Shown: positions 37,294-47,418, counted from the first letter of the stretch. The stretch is 64,000 nucleotides of DNA from an uncultured Bacteroidales bacterium (GCA_946406355.1 CAMJKI010000001.1:3359-67358), one strand, 5' to 3'. Notes: generated by a model from the sequence alone, not told the origin. Program-made: numbers and translations.

Positions 37294-37846
37294 ACTTGTA
37301 CTTTACGTTGTAGTGCGGATGCACTTTGCCTTTCACTATGCCCTGCAGCTTGCTGGAGAGCATTTTCCGGCGGATGGGGGCGGCGTGGTCCGTGAACAGG
37401 TCACCATCCAGGTGGGACAGTTCGTGCTGGATCATGCGGGCGGCAAAGTTGTCGAACGATTCGGTAACCTTCTCCAGATTCTCGTTGTAATACTCCACCG
37501 TAATTTTCTTGGGGCGCACAATGTCGCAGTAAATGCCCGGAATGCTTAGGCAGCCTTCCGAATAGGTGACCTTCTCCTCGCTTTCTTCGGTGATAACCGG
37601 GTTGATGAGGGTACGACGAAAGTCCTTTAGGTAGTCGTACATATCGGACACCACATCTCCGTCCACAATTACCACCCGCACGCTCTCCCCTATCTGGGGA
37701 GCAGCCAGGCCGCAGCCATCGGCTTTGGTGAGGGTATCCTTCAGGTCCTGCACCAGGGCGGCCAGGCCGGCTTTGTCGGACAGATCGGCATCGGCCGCTT
37801 TCTTGCGGAGTACTTCCGCACCATATAAGTATATTGGTCTTATCAT
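37292..37846 (-). CDS. def: Peptide deformylase
   Basis: GCGLAAPQIG, EGCLSIPG, QHELSHLDG. Confidence 0.96.
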   Translation of the reverse strand: MIRPIYLYGAEVLRKKAADADLSDKAGLAALVQDLKDTLTKADGCGLAAPQIGESVRVVIVDGDVVSDMYDYLKDFRRTLINPVITEESEEKVTYSEGCLSIPGIYCDIVRPKKITVEYYNENLEKVTESFDNFAARMIQHELSHLDGDLFTDHAAPIRRKMLSSKLQGIVKGKVHPHYNVKYK

Positions 37847-37860
37847 ATCGTTCTGTTATA

Positions 37861-37888
37861 AGATCCTCTCGCTTCGCTCAGGATGACA
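37861..37888. repeat. REP-like element (..CGCTTCGCTCAGGATGAC)
   Basis: AGATCCTCTCGCTTCGCTCAGGATGACA; related copy at 39241-39266. Confidence 0.6.
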
Positions 37889-37902
37889 GGCAATGTGTCT
37901 TA

Positions 37903-38376
37903 TTATCTTCTGTTCTTTCTGGACAGGGTTTCCGGAACGTTGGCAGGGTCGAAGGTGGCGCTGCCGTTCTGGCGGTCCAGATAGCTTTGCAGGATGATGG
38001 CGGCGCTGATGCGGTCTACCGACGCCTTATCTCTCCGCTGCCCGGCCTTCATGCCCCCGTCTATCATGGCCCGGTGGGCCAGCACGGAAGTGAAGCGTTC
38101 GTCTTCCAGCGTTACCGGAACCTCCGGGAAAGCCTTTTCCAGCAGCTTGAGGAAGGCATCCACATAGGCCTGGGCTTCGGCCGGCCGGCCATCCAGATTC
38201 ACCGGATAGCCCACTACAAATCTAACGATTCTCTCTTTTTCCGCGTATTTTTTGAGATAATCTATTAACTTTGTAGAATCGACCGTATCCAGCGCGGAAG
38301 CGAAGATGCCCAGGGGGTCACTGGCGGCAACGCCGGTGCGCCTGCGTCCATAATCTATTCCGACAAGTCTGTCCAT
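37903..38376 (-). CDS. ruvX: YqgF/RuvX pre-16S rRNA nuclease
   Basis: GIDYGRRRTGVAASDP, DERFTS, VDRISAAIILQSYL. Confidence 0.94.
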   Translation of the reverse strand: MDRLVGIDYGRRRTGVAASDPLGIFASALDTVDSTKLIDYLKKYAEKERIVRFVVGYPVNLDGRPAEAQAYVDAFLKLLEKAFPEVPVTLEDERFTSVLAHRAMIDGGMKAGQRRDKASVDRISAAIILQSYLDRQNGSATFDPANVPETLSRKNRR

Positions 38377-38399
38377 ACGGCTGCAAAGGTAAGAATTTT

Positions 38400-39242
38400 A
38401 TGGACAACCAGCAAGATAAGAAGATCCGGAACTACAGGCTGTCACTCATCGACGCCACGTCGCATGAGCGGCTCTGGAGCCTGCGGTTCAGCCGTTCCAC
38501 CTTTATTGTGGCGGCTATATCGGCCGTGGTCATCGTGGTGGTGGGGCTTTATTGCCTGATTGCCTATACGCCCATCAGAACCTTCATTCCCGGGTATCCG
38601 GACGCCCATTCCCGCCGCCAGGCCTTGCAGAATTCGCTGCGCATCGACTCCCTGGAAACCCGCATCCTGCAGTGGGAGCTTTATACGGAGAACCTCCGCA
38701 GGGTGGTGGCCGGGGAAGCCCCCATCCGCATGGACAGCCTCATCCTTTCCAACCAGGCCTCCCGTGCTACGGTAGATTCCCTTTACCTGGCCTACAGGGA
38801 TTCCCTCCTCCGGGCCGATGTCTCCCAGCGGGAACAGTTCAACCTTACCGGCACCCAGCGGAACCTTTCCATTGAGGCGCTGTCCTTCTTCCCCCCGCTC
38901 AAAGGCATCATTTCCCGCGGATTCGAGCGTTCGGTGCACCCCTGGATAGACGTTACCGCCCCGGAAGGTACCCCTGTAATGGCCGTTTTGGACGGAACCG
39001 TGGTATATACCGGCTGGGACGATGAAAACGGTTACACCCTGGCCATCCAGCACAAGGGAGACATAATCTCCATCTACAAGCACAACCAGAAGGTTCTCCG
39101 GCAAAGCGGAGACGTAGTGAAAGGCGGTACGCCCATCGGCATGCTGGCTTCGTCCGCTTCGCTCACCACCGGCGACCATCTGCATTTTGAACTTTGGTAC
39201 GAAGGCGCCCCGGTAGATCCGGCACAGTATATCAGTTTTTAG
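38400..39242 (+). CDS. M23 family metallopeptidase
   Basis: N-terminal TM; H.WID, YKHN, TGDHLHFELW. Confidence 0.88.
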   Translation: MDNQQDKKIRNYRLSLIDATSHERLWSLRFSRSTFIVAAISAVVIVVVGLYCLIAYTPIRTFIPGYPDAHSRRQALQNSLRIDSLETRILQWELYTENLRRVVAGEAPIRMDSLILSNQASRATVDSLYLAYRDSLLRADVSQREQFNLTGTQRNLSIEALSFFPPLKGIISRGFERSVHPWIDVTAPEGTPVMAVLDGTVVYTGWDDENGYTLAIQHKGDIISIYKHNQKVLRQSGDVVKGGTPIGMLASSASLTTGDHLHFELWYEGAPVDPAQYISF

Positions 39243-39266
39243 TTCTTCGCTTCGCTAAGAATGACA
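39241..39266. repeat. REP-like element (..CGCTTCGCTAAGAATGAC)
   Basis: AGTTCTTCGCTTCGCTAAGAATGACA, same family as 37861-37888. Confidence 0.6.
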
Positions 39267-39280
39267 AGGTGAGATACAGC

Positions 39281-40432
39281 ATGACAGAGAAAAAACTAAT
39301 AGCCGTCCTGGGTTCTACAGGTTCTATCGGCACCCAGACGCTGGATGTGGTCCGGCAACATCCAGACCGCTTCGGCATTTTCATGATATCGGCCAACAAC
39401 AGCGCAGAACTGCTTATCAGGCAGGCACTTGCCTTCAATGTTCCGCATGTGGTCATTTGCAATGCCGATAAATACCGGGAGGTTCGGGAAGCCCTTCCCC
39501 CTTCCATTCAGGTGCACGCCGGCATCCAGGAAGCCTGTGCGCTGGTACAGGCTCCGGAAGTAGATGTGGTAGTAGCAGCCATGGTGGGATTCAGCGGCCT
39601 GCGGCCCACGCTGGCAGCCATCGAAGCCGGAAAAACCATAGCGCTGGCCAACAAGGAAACCCTGGTGGCAGCGGGTGCGCTGGTAATGGAAAAGTCCCGT
39701 CAGTGCAAGGCCCCCATCCTGCCCGTAGATTCGGAGCATTCGGCCATTTTCCAGTGCCTCCTGGGCGCGCAGGGGAATCCTGTCCATCTCATCCACCTTA
39801 CAGCCTCCGGCGGCCCTTTCCGCACCTGGTCCCGCGAAGAAATAGCCAAGGCCCGCAAAGAACAGGCCCTCAAGCATCCCAACTGGGACATGGGCGCCAA
39901 AATCACCATCGACTCGGCCACCATGATGAACAAGGGCTTCGAGATGGTAGAGGCCAAATGGCTCTTTGACGTGGAACCCTCCCGCATTCACGTGGTGGTG
40001 CATCCGGAGTCGGTAATCCACTCCATGGTAGAATTTGCCGACGGCGCCGTTATCGCCCAGCTGGGTTGTCCGGACATGCGGCTGCCCATTGCGCTGGCCA
40101 TGGCCTTCCCGGAGCGGCTGCCCCTGGAAGGGAAGCGCCTGAATTTCAGCGAGCTGCAAGACCTCACCTTCTTTGAACCAGACCGCGAAAAGTTCCCTTG
40201 TCTGCAACTGGCTTCCAACGCCATGGAACGCGGCGGAAACATTCCCTGCGCCATGAACGCAGCCAATGAAGCCGCCGTTGCCGCCTATTTGAAAGACCAG
40301 ATCGGCATTTACGACATCCCCAAAATCATCTCCCATGTAATGGATGGCGTAGTTTTTGCTCAAGAGCCCTCGCTGGATGACATTTTTGCCACCCACGAGG
40401 AGGCCTTCCAAATGGCCGGCAGCTTGATATGA
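39281..40432 (+). CDS. dxr: 1-deoxy-D-xylulose-5-phosphate reductoisomerase
   Basis: LGSTGSIGTQTL, LANKETLV, PVDSEHSAIFQ, HPNWDMGAKITIDSATMMNKG. Confidence 0.97.
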   Translation: MTEKKLIAVLGSTGSIGTQTLDVVRQHPDRFGIFMISANNSAELLIRQALAFNVPHVVICNADKYREVREALPPSIQVHAGIQEACALVQAPEVDVVVAAMVGFSGLRPTLAAIEAGKTIALANKETLVAAGALVMEKSRQCKAPILPVDSEHSAIFQCLLGAQGNPVHLIHLTASGGPFRTWSREEIAKARKEQALKHPNWDMGAKITIDSATMMNKGFEMVEAKWLFDVEPSRIHVVVHPESVIHSMVEFADGAVIAQLGCPDMRLPIALAMAFPERLPLEGKRLNFSELQDLTFFEPDREKFPCLQLASNAMERGGNIPCAMNAANEAAVAAYLKDQIGIYDIPKIISHVMDGVVFAQEPSLDDIFATHEEAFQMAGSLI

Positions 40433-41763
40433 CCGTATTACTGAAGATTCTCCAGGTTATCCTGGCCCTTTCCATCCTCATCATCATCCATGAGGCTGGG
40501 CATTTCATGTGGGCCAAGCTTTTCCGCATAAGGGTAGATAAGTTTTTCCTCTTTTTTGACGCAGGCGGCGTAAAGCTGTTCTCTACCAAAGCCCCCTGGT
40601 TTGTGAAACTTTTCCCGGCTGCAGCACAGTGGGAGACCGAATACGGCATAGGCTGGCTGCCCCTGGGCGGCTACTGCAAAATTGCCGGCATGGTGGACGA
40701 ATCCCTGGACACGGAACAGCTCAAAAAAGATCCGCAACCCTGGGAGTTCCGCTCCAAACCCGCCTGGCAGCGGCTGCTGGTAATGGCCGGCGGCGTGCTC
40801 AACAACTTCCTCCTGGCCATCCTCCTGTACATTGCCATCCTGGACATCTGGGGCTCCACCTACGTATCGCCGGACAACCCCATTTACGTGAACGAGCTGG
40901 GCTATGAGCTGGGATTCCGCACGGGAGACCGCATTTTGCGCTTCGACGATTACGTGCCGGAAGATTTCCTTTCCCTGCAGGCCGATCTGGCCCGCCACCA
41001 GGCCCGCAAGGCTACGGTGCTCCGCGGAACGGATACGCTGGATATCTACATCGACCAGTCTCTCCTGGGCGCCGTTGTGAATACCCCCGGCATGTTCGAC
41101 CTGGCCATTCCCTTTGTGGTGGACAGCGTAATGACCAGCTCCCCCAACGCCAACGCCGGTCTGCTCCGTGGCGACCGCATTGCCTCCATGGCCGATGTGC
41201 CCACCCCCTACCTGCAGGACGCCCGGAAGCTGATGCAGGCCCATCCCGGAGAGTTGCTGCCCGTCCAGATTATCCGGGAGGCCGATACCCTGGCCCTGCC
41301 GCTGCAGATAGACAGCCTGGGCCGGCTGGGCATTTTCTTCCGCAATCCTTCGGTGGAACTGCGCAGTTATACCCTGGCAGAAGCCATCCCGGCCGGGTGG
41401 AAACTCACCTGGAGCACCGTGGGAGGCTATTTGCAGGATCTGCGGCTGGTGGCTACGCCCCAGACCGAAGCCTACAAGTCCGTGGGCAGCTTTATCGCTA
41501 TCGGCCAGGTATTTCCGTCGCAGTGGGACTGGTACCAGTTCCTGCAAATCCTGGCCCTGCTTTCCATCATGCTGGGCGTGATGAACCTGCTTCCCATCCC
41601 GGCGCTGGACGGTGGTCACATTGTGATTTGCCTGTACGAAATGATTACCCGCCGCAAGCCCAGCGACCGCTTCCTGATGATAACGCAGGTTATCGGCATG
41701 ATTCTTCTGCTGCTACTTATGTTCCTGGCATTTGGTAACGACATTGCAAGATTAATTCGATGA
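40429..41763 (+). CDS. rseP: RIP metalloprotease RseP
   Basis: IHEAGHF, LPLGGYCKI, PDZ region, NLLPIPALDGGH. Confidence 0.95.
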   Translation: MTVLLKILQVILALSILIIIHEAGHFMWAKLFRIRVDKFFLFFDAGGVKLFSTKAPWFVKLFPAAAQWETEYGIGWLPLGGYCKIAGMVDESLDTEQLKKDPQPWEFRSKPAWQRLLVMAGGVLNNFLLAILLYIAILDIWGSTYVSPDNPIYVNELGYELGFRTGDRILRFDDYVPEDFLSLQADLARHQARKATVLRGTDTLDIYIDQSLLGAVVNTPGMFDLAIPFVVDSVMTSSPNANAGLLRGDRIASMADVPTPYLQDARKLMQAHPGELLPVQIIREADTLALPLQIDSLGRLGIFFRNPSVELRSYTLAEAIPAGWKLTWSTVGGYLQDLRLVATPQTEAYKSVGSFIAIGQVFPSQWDWYQFLQILALLSIMLGVMNLLPIPALDGGHIVICLYEMITRRKPSDRFLMITQVIGMILLLLLMFLAFGNDIARLIR

Positions 41764-42770
41764 TTATGAAATATTTAACTAGACTTTTCGCCCTCGCGGC
41801 CTGCATCCTTGCCCTGGCTGCCTGCAAAAATGACAAGAAAGGGAAACTGCTTCCCAACGTAAGCGGAAAAGCCGGTGAAATACTGGTGGTGATAGACCGC
41901 GCCCAGTGGGAAGGCAACCTGGGCATGGCCATCCGCAGCGTTCTGGCCGACGACTGCCCCTACCTGGCCCAGCGGGAGCCGCTGTTCACCCTGTCCAATG
42001 TTCCCACCGGCACCTTCAACGCCATGTTCAAGATGCATCGGAACATTCTTATCATCAACATTAATCCGCAGAACCAGAGCACCGGAATGGTGTACCACTC
42101 CAACCAGTGGGCCCAGCCCCAGGTGGTGGCGCAAGTGAATGCCTACGACGAGGAAGGCGCCCTGGCCTTGTTCCAGGAAAACGGTGCCCTGGTGGCCGAG
42201 TATTTCGAGCAGGCCGAGCGTGACCGCATCATTGCCAATGCCAAACTGTACGAGGAATCGTCCCTGCGGGATCCGGTGGAAAAGATTTCCGGCGGCATTT
42301 TGCACTGCCCTTCCGGCTACAAGCTCCGCAAGGCCACCGACAACTTTGTGTGGATTGCCGATGAAAAGCAGTATGTGCAGCAGTATGTGCTCGTTTACAA
42401 GTATCCGGTAACCCTGACCAAGGGCTTGTTCACACTGGACAATATCATCAGCTCCCGCAACCGGATTTTGCAGGAAAACGTTCCCGGCATGTTTGAAGGA
42501 ACCTACATGACAACTTCCACAGCCATAGAACCTTCCATGCGTTATCTGCGCTTCCACGGCAGGGAGTTCGTAGAAACCCGCGGCTTCTGGGAAGTGCAGG
42601 GAGATTTCATGGGCGGCCCCTTCGTTTCCCACTCTTTTTACAGCCAGGACGGAAAGGATGTGATAGTACTGGAAGCCTTTGTATACGCACCTAAATACGA
42701 CAAAAGGCAGTACCTCCGGCAGGTTGAATCTTTGCTCTATTCTTTTGAATGGAAAAAAGATGTGAAATAA
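41760..42770 (+). CDS. DUF4837-like lipoprotein
   Basis: LAAC lipobox; SGKAGEILVV, L.Q.EP.F.L, RGFWEV.GDFMGGPFVS, FVYAP...KR. Confidence 0.78.
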   Translation: MIMKYLTRLFALAACILALAACKNDKKGKLLPNVSGKAGEILVVIDRAQWEGNLGMAIRSVLADDCPYLAQREPLFTLSNVPTGTFNAMFKMHRNILIININPQNQSTGMVYHSNQWAQPQVVAQVNAYDEEGALALFQENGALVAEYFEQAERDRIIANAKLYEESSLRDPVEKISGGILHCPSGYKLRKATDNFVWIADEKQYVQQYVLVYKYPVTLTKGLFTLDNIISSRNRILQENVPGMFEGTYMTTSTAIEPSMRYLRFHGREFVETRGFWEVQGDFMGGPFVSHSFYSQDGKDVIVLEAFVYAPKYDKRQYLRQVESLLYSFEWKKDVK

Positions 42771-42816
42771 TTTTGCTTGCTTAAAAAAAATTCTTACCTT
42801 TGCAGTCCCAAAGTTT

Positions 42817-42891
42817 GGTGGGTTCGTATAACGGTTAGTACTCGGGATTTTCATTCCCGCAATAGGAGTTCGATTCTCCTACCCACTACCA
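42817..42891 (+). tRNA. tRNA-Glu (TTC), CCA encoded
   Basis: GGTGGGT...ACCCACT-A-CCA; anticodon arm CGGGA-TTTTCAT-TCCCG. Confidence 0.96.
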
Positions 42892-42910
42892 AATATAAAA
42901 AAGTAAAATA

Positions 42911-43165
42911 ATGGCAAACACAAAATCCGCCGCGCGTGCCGCCCGTCAGAGCGAGCGTCACCGCCTGCATAACAAGTATTATGCAAAGACAACCCGGAAT
43001 GCTATCCGGGACCTTCGTAACACCACCGATAAGGCTGCAGCCCAGGAGAACGCTCCCAAGGTATATGCCATGATTGACAAACTTGCCAAAATCGGTGTTA
43101 TCCACAAGAACAAGGCAGCCAACCTCAAGAGTGGTCTGGCCGTTTACATTAACAAGCTCGCCTAA
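42911..43165 (+). CDS. rpsT: 30S ribosomal protein S20
   Basis: MANTKSA..., [20 protein letters not shown]. Confidence 0.97.
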   Translation: MANTKSAARAARQSERHRLHNKYYAKTTRNAIRDLRNTTDKAAAQENAPKVYAMIDKLAKIGVIHKNKAANLKSGLAVYINKLA

Positions 43166-43186
43166 GGGCTTGTTTTTTATCGGATT

Positions 43187-43259
43187 CGGGATGTAGCGCA
43201 GTTGGTAGCGCACTACGTTCGGGACGTAGGGGTCGCTCGTTCGAGTCGAGTCATCCCGA
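43187..43259 (+). tRNA. tRNA-Pro (CGG)
   Basis: CGGGATG...CATCCCG-A; anticodon arm CTACG-TTCGGGA-CGTAG. Confidence 0.96.
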
Positions 43260-43262
43260 CAC

Positions 43263-43292
43263 AAAAAAGCCAGGCAGCCGCCTGGCTTTTTT
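43263..43292. terminator. Intrinsic terminator after tRNA-Pro
   Basis: AAAAAAGCCAGGC-AGCC-GCCTGGCTTTTTT. Confidence 0.85.
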
Positions 43293-43295
43293 GCA

Positions 43296-43369
43296 TCGGG
43301 ATGACAAGAGAATCTTCGATTCATTGGGGGGCTACCCCCCCAAACCCCCTGCCGGGATGACGAGAGAAT
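43296..43369. repeat. Direct repeats CGGGATGAC(A/G)AGAGAAT around a G/C hairpin
   Basis: Copies at 43297-43313 and 43353-43369; internal TTGGGGGG-CTAC-CCCCCCAA. Confidence 0.7.
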
Positions 43370-43372
43370 ACC

Positions 43373-44434
43373 TTAGTTCACTCTTAAGCGTTTGCCTATC
43401 TGGAGGATGGTGGTGGACTTGATGCCGTTCAGCTGGCAGAGGCGGTTCACCGTGGTGTGATAGCGCTTGGCTATGGAGGAGAGGGTGTCGCCGGAACGCA
43501 CGGTATGGTACTTGACGGCAGCTGCCTCACGAGCAGCACGGGCAGCCGCTTCCTTCTTGGCCTGCTCTTCGGCCAGGAGACGGTCTTCCTCGTCGGTGCG
43601 GAAGATTTCATCTTCGTCATCTACGTTCTGCACATAGCGCTGGTTGGGGTTGAAGTACCAGCTTCTTATCTTGAGCAGGCGGTGCCGGAGCGTTCCTGTT
43701 TCAAAGTCTATGAGCCAGGCCGGATCGAAGGCCGCGCCGCGATACCGCGTCTCAAAATGCAGGTGCGGCCCCGTGGAACGGCCCGTAGAGCCGCCCAGGC
43801 CGATGATTTCTCCCGCACTTACCCAGTCGCCCGACTGCACATTCCGCTTGGACAGATGCCCGTAGAAGGTTTCCAGTCCGTTGGCGTGACGGATTACCAC
43901 CAGGTTGCCGTAGCCGCTGACATAGTCCGAGATACGCACCTTCCCGTCGAAGGCGGCAGGGACGGGCGTACCGGTGGACAAAGGCAAATCTATACCCTGG
44001 TGCCGCCGGCCGTGCCGGTAGCCGAAAAGCGAGCGGGGTTTCACCTGGTTGGGGCAACAATAGGCCCCCAGGCTGTCCACTACCCACAAGGTAAACTTGT
44101 CCGGGATAGGGTCCGGCTCACTCCGGTAGGGATTCACATTCCGGGTGTCCCAACATTCCGTAAATACGCTGTCGGCAGCCATGAGGGACAGATCCCGCAC
44201 ATAACGGTAAGTACCATTATCGTAAAGGACCACCTTCACGGCAGGATTGCCGGTGTCCAGCGTATCGGCATAAGGGGTACTGATAGCATTGGTAGGAGCC
44301 ACGTGCTGGCGTCCGAAAACGTGGCGCAGGGAGTCGGCCTGCCGGCTGGCAATGGAATCGGTCTCCTGCGCGTGCAGGGAAATACCGGCCGATGCCGCCA
44401 GCAGGATTAAAGTGGGGAGGATGATTCTTTTCAT
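43373..44434 (-). CDS. M23 peptidase with C-terminal LysM domain
   Basis: HQGIDL, GYGNLVVIRH, YGHLS, STGPHLHFE; YHTVRSGDTLSSIAKRY. Confidence 0.92.
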   Translation of the reverse strand: MKRIILPTLILLAASAGISLHAQETDSIASRQADSLRHVFGRQHVAPTNAISTPYADTLDTGNPAVKVVLYDNGTYRYVRDLSLMAADSVFTECWDTRNVNPYRSEPDPIPDKFTLWVVDSLGAYCCPNQVKPRSLFGYRHGRRHQGIDLPLSTGTPVPAAFDGKVRISDYVSGYGNLVVIRHANGLETFYGHLSKRNVQSGDWVSAGEIIGLGGSTGRSTGPHLHFETRYRGAAFDPAWLIDFETGTLRHRLLKIRSWYFNPNQRYVQNVDDEDEIFRTDEEDRLLAEEQAKKEAAARAAREAAAVKYHTVRSGDTLSSIAKRYHTTVNRLCQLNGIKSTTILQIGKRLRVN

Positions 44435-44442
44435 TAAGTCTT

Positions 44443-45810
44443 TTAGCGCTTGCCGCCGAACTTTCCTACCAGGATAGCGTCGGCCTGGGCAATCTTTTCA
44501 TTCAGGAGTTCCTTGGAAGTGGCCTCGCAGATGAAGCGGAGGTAGGGTTCCGTGTTGGAAGGACGGATGTTGAACCACCAGCCAGGGAATTCCAGCCGAT
44601 AGCCGTCAAAGTCCATTACCTTGGTAGGGGTTTCCCTGCTTTCGAAATAGGCCTTAACGGCGTCCATGGCGCCCTTCTTGTCTTCCAGTTTGTAGTTGAT
44701 TTCGCCGGAATTCTCGTAGCCGGTGAGGCGGTCCATCTCTTCGGAGAGCTTGATACCCTGCTTTTTGAGGGCGCTCACGATACGCAGCACGATGATGCTG
44801 GAAAGCATGCCGCTGTCGGAATAGAAGAAGTCCTTGAAATAATAGTGACCGGCCAGCTCACCGCCCCAGAGACCGTCTATTTCGCGGAGCTTGGGGGCAG
44901 CAAAGGCGCGGCCAACACGCCAGGTGTGCACCTCGGCATTATAATTCTTGGTGAGTTCCTCGGCCACGGCCAGGCTGGAACGGATTTCCTGCAGCACGCG
45001 GGGGTTCTTCTCCCCTCTTTCGTCGCAGAAATAGCGGGCCATGAGGGCCACCACCAGATCCGGCGCCACAAAACGGGCCTTGTCGTCCACGAACATCACG
45101 CGGTCGGCGTCTCCGTCGTAGATAACGCCCACATCGGCCTTGATTTCTGCGACCAGCTTCTTGAGCGGTTCCACGTTCTTGGCCACCAGCGGGTTGGGTT
45201 CGTGGTTGGGGAAACTGCCGTCCATTTCGTCAAAGAGGAAGGTGGCGTCTTCTCCTTTATATACTTCCTTGGCAAAGAGGGTGCTCATGCCGTTGGAAAG
45301 GTCGAAAGCAATCTTGAGGTTGCTGTAGTCCCCTTTGAATTTCATGAGGAACTTGAGGTAGTCCGGCTTGATGTCTATTTCCTTAACCGTACCCTTCTTG
45401 GCGGCAACAGGCGTGGGACGGCCTTCGTCAATCCACTGTTTAATTTGACCCAGGCCGGTATCCAGGCCCACGGGAAGCGCATTCTCACGGCTTACCTTCA
45501 TGCCGTTATATTCCCGCGGATTGTGACTGGCGGTAATTTGTACGGAAGCCTTGTAGCCGTAATTGGCCGTGCCGAAATATACCAGCGGCGTACTGCTGTA
45601 GCCGATATCGTCCACATCGGCGCCGGCATCGGTAATGCCCTTGATAAGATAGTCGTGAATCTCCTGGCCGGAGAGGCGGCAGTCGCGGCCCACCAGCACT
45701 TTGTCGGCCTTTAGCAGTTCGGGAAGAAAGTAACCTACTTTATAGGCGGTTTCCTTGTCGAAATCTACGTTGTAGATACCCCGGATGTCGTATGCGTGAA
45801 AAGCTCCCAT
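44443..45810 (-). CDS. Phosphomannomutase/phosphoglucomutase
   Basis: AYDIRG, ITASHNP, DGDADR, RPSNTEP. Confidence 0.93.
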   Translation of the reverse strand: MGAFHAYDIRGIYNVDFDKETAYKVGYFLPELLKADKVLVGRDCRLSGQEIHDYLIKGITDAGADVDDIGYSSTPLVYFGTANYGYKASVQITASHNPREYNGMKVSRENALPVGLDTGLGQIKQWIDEGRPTPVAAKKGTVKEIDIKPDYLKFLMKFKGDYSNLKIAFDLSNGMSTLFAKEVYKGEDATFLFDEMDGSFPNHEPNPLVAKNVEPLKKLVAEIKADVGVIYDGDADRVMFVDDKARFVAPDLVVALMARYFCDERGEKNPRVLQEIRSSLAVAEELTKNYNAEVHTWRVGRAFAAPKLREIDGLWGGELAGHYYFKDFFYSDSGMLSSIIVLRIVSALKKQGIKLSEEMDRLTGYENSGEINYKLEDKKGAMDAVKAYFESRETPTKVMDFDGYRLEFPGWWFNIRPSNTEPYLRFICEATSKELLNEKIAQADAILVGKFGGKR

Positions 45811-45965
45811 ATTATTTTAGTTTTAATGTCAGTTTACAAAGATAATAAAAAAAACGGGGCCGGCCAAACGGAAACCGCCCTTTGAAAGACGGGAAAAAAG
45901 TTGCTTATCCGGGCAATTTTGACTAAATTTGCGGCGCAAAAAGCTAAGTATTAATATTTATCATA

Positions 45966-47414
45966 ATGTCTACTAAAAAACTGAATCTGAAGTATTGTGT
46001 ATTTCTGCCCATTGTGCTGCTTATCACAATCTTCCTCTGGGCTGTGCCTACTTCTTTCTTCGGCATTGACGCCCTCACCGTGGTGCAACAGCGGGTTATC
46101 GCCTTGTTCGTGTTCGCCGCCCTCATGTGGATCTTTGAGATTATCCCCAACTGGACCACGTCCCTGCTGGTTATCGTAATTTCGCTGCTCACCGTTTCCG
46201 ATAAAGGAATCGGCTTTTTCTGCGACCCGCAGTATGGACAGCTGGTAGGCTTCAAGAGCATTATGTCTTCTTTCGCCGACCCTGTGGTCATGCTCTTCAT
46301 GGGTGGCTTCGTGCTGGCTATCATGGCCGAGAAATATGGCCTGGACGTTACCATGGGCCGTGCCCTGCTGGGCTTGTTCGGCACTAAACCCAAGTGGGTT
46401 CTGCTGGGCTTCCTGGTGGTTATTTCCGTGTTCTCCATGTTCATGTCCAATACCGCCACCGCTGCCATGATGCTGGCCTTCCTGGCTCCCGTGCTGGGTA
46501 CCCTTCCGGCCGACGATAAAGGAAAGATCGGCCTGGCGCTGTCCATTCCGGTAGCTGCCAACATCGGTGGTATCGGCACCCCTATCGGCACGCCGCCCAA
46601 TGCCACTGCCGTCAAGTTCCTGGCCGAATCCGGCGCCGAGATTCCCTTCATGCAGTGGATGGTTCACATGGTTCCTTACGTGATTATCATGATTGTCCTG
46701 GCCTGGGTGCTGCTGCAGGTTTTCTTCCCCTTCAAGGCCAAAGAGCTTAAGCTTGAGATTCCCGAAAACAAGAAGCCTCATACCTGGAAGACCACCGTGG
46801 TGTGGATTACCTTCATCGGCACCATCCTGCTGTGGATGACGGAAAGCGTAACCAAGATCAATTCCAACATTGTGGCCCTTATTCCGCTGGGCGTTCTTAC
46901 CGCCACCGGTATTTTCACCAAGGAAGACATCAAGGAAATCAACTGGAGCGTGCTGTGGCTGGTAGCCGGCGGCTTCGCCCTGGGCACCTGCCTGCAGGGC
47001 ACCGGCCTGGCCAAAGTGCTCATCGAGGCCATCCCGTTCGGCACCATGTCTGTAGTGCTGGTGCTGGTAATCGCCGGCCTGGTGTGCTACTTCCTGTCCA
47101 ACTTCATCTCCAACTCCGCCACGGCAGCCCTCCTCATCCCCATCCTCATTGTGGTGGCCGAAGGCATGGCCGATCCCGCAGCGGCCAACAATGCCCAGTT
47201 CATTGCCCTGGGTGGCAAGCAGGCCATGATTGTGCTCATCGCCGTGTGCGCCTCCATCGCCATGCTGTTCCCCATCTCCACGCCGCCGAATGCCATTGCA
47301 TCTTCCACCGGCCTGGTAGAGACCAAGGACATGGCCAAGGTGGGCCTCATCATTGGTGTGATTGGCTTCATCTTCGGCTTCTTCTGGCTCACTAAGATTT
47401 TCCCGTTTGCTTAA
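45966..47414 (+). CDS. SLC13/DASS family (di/tricarboxylate or sulfate) transporter
   Basis: SMFMSNTAT, GTPIGTPPNA, SNFISNSAT, PISTPPNA. Confidence 0.92.
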   Translation: MSTKKLNLKYCVFLPIVLLITIFLWAVPTSFFGIDALTVVQQRVIALFVFAALMWIFEIIPNWTTSLLVIVISLLTVSDKGIGFFCDPQYGQLVGFKSIMSSFADPVVMLFMGGFVLAIMAEKYGLDVTMGRALLGLFGTKPKWVLLGFLVVISVFSMFMSNTATAAMMLAFLAPVLGTLPADDKGKIGLALSIPVAANIGGIGTPIGTPPNATAVKFLAESGAEIPFMQWMVHMVPYVIIMIVLAWVLLQVFFPFKAKELKLEIPENKKPHTWKTTVVWITFIGTILLWMTESVTKINSNIVALIPLGVLTATGIFTKEDIKEINWSVLWLVAGGFALGTCLQGTGLAKVLIEAIPFGTMSVVLVLVIAGLVCYFLSNFISNSATAALLIPILIVVAEGMADPAAANNAQFIALGGKQAMIVLIAVCASIAMLFPISTPPNAIASSTGLVETKDMAKVGLIIGVIGFIFGFFWLTKIFPFA

Positions 47415-47418
47415 TTGA

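Noticed and set aside
42851-43324. 157-aa minus-strand ORF
   Set aside because: Antisense to tRNA-Glu, rpsT and tRNA-Pro.
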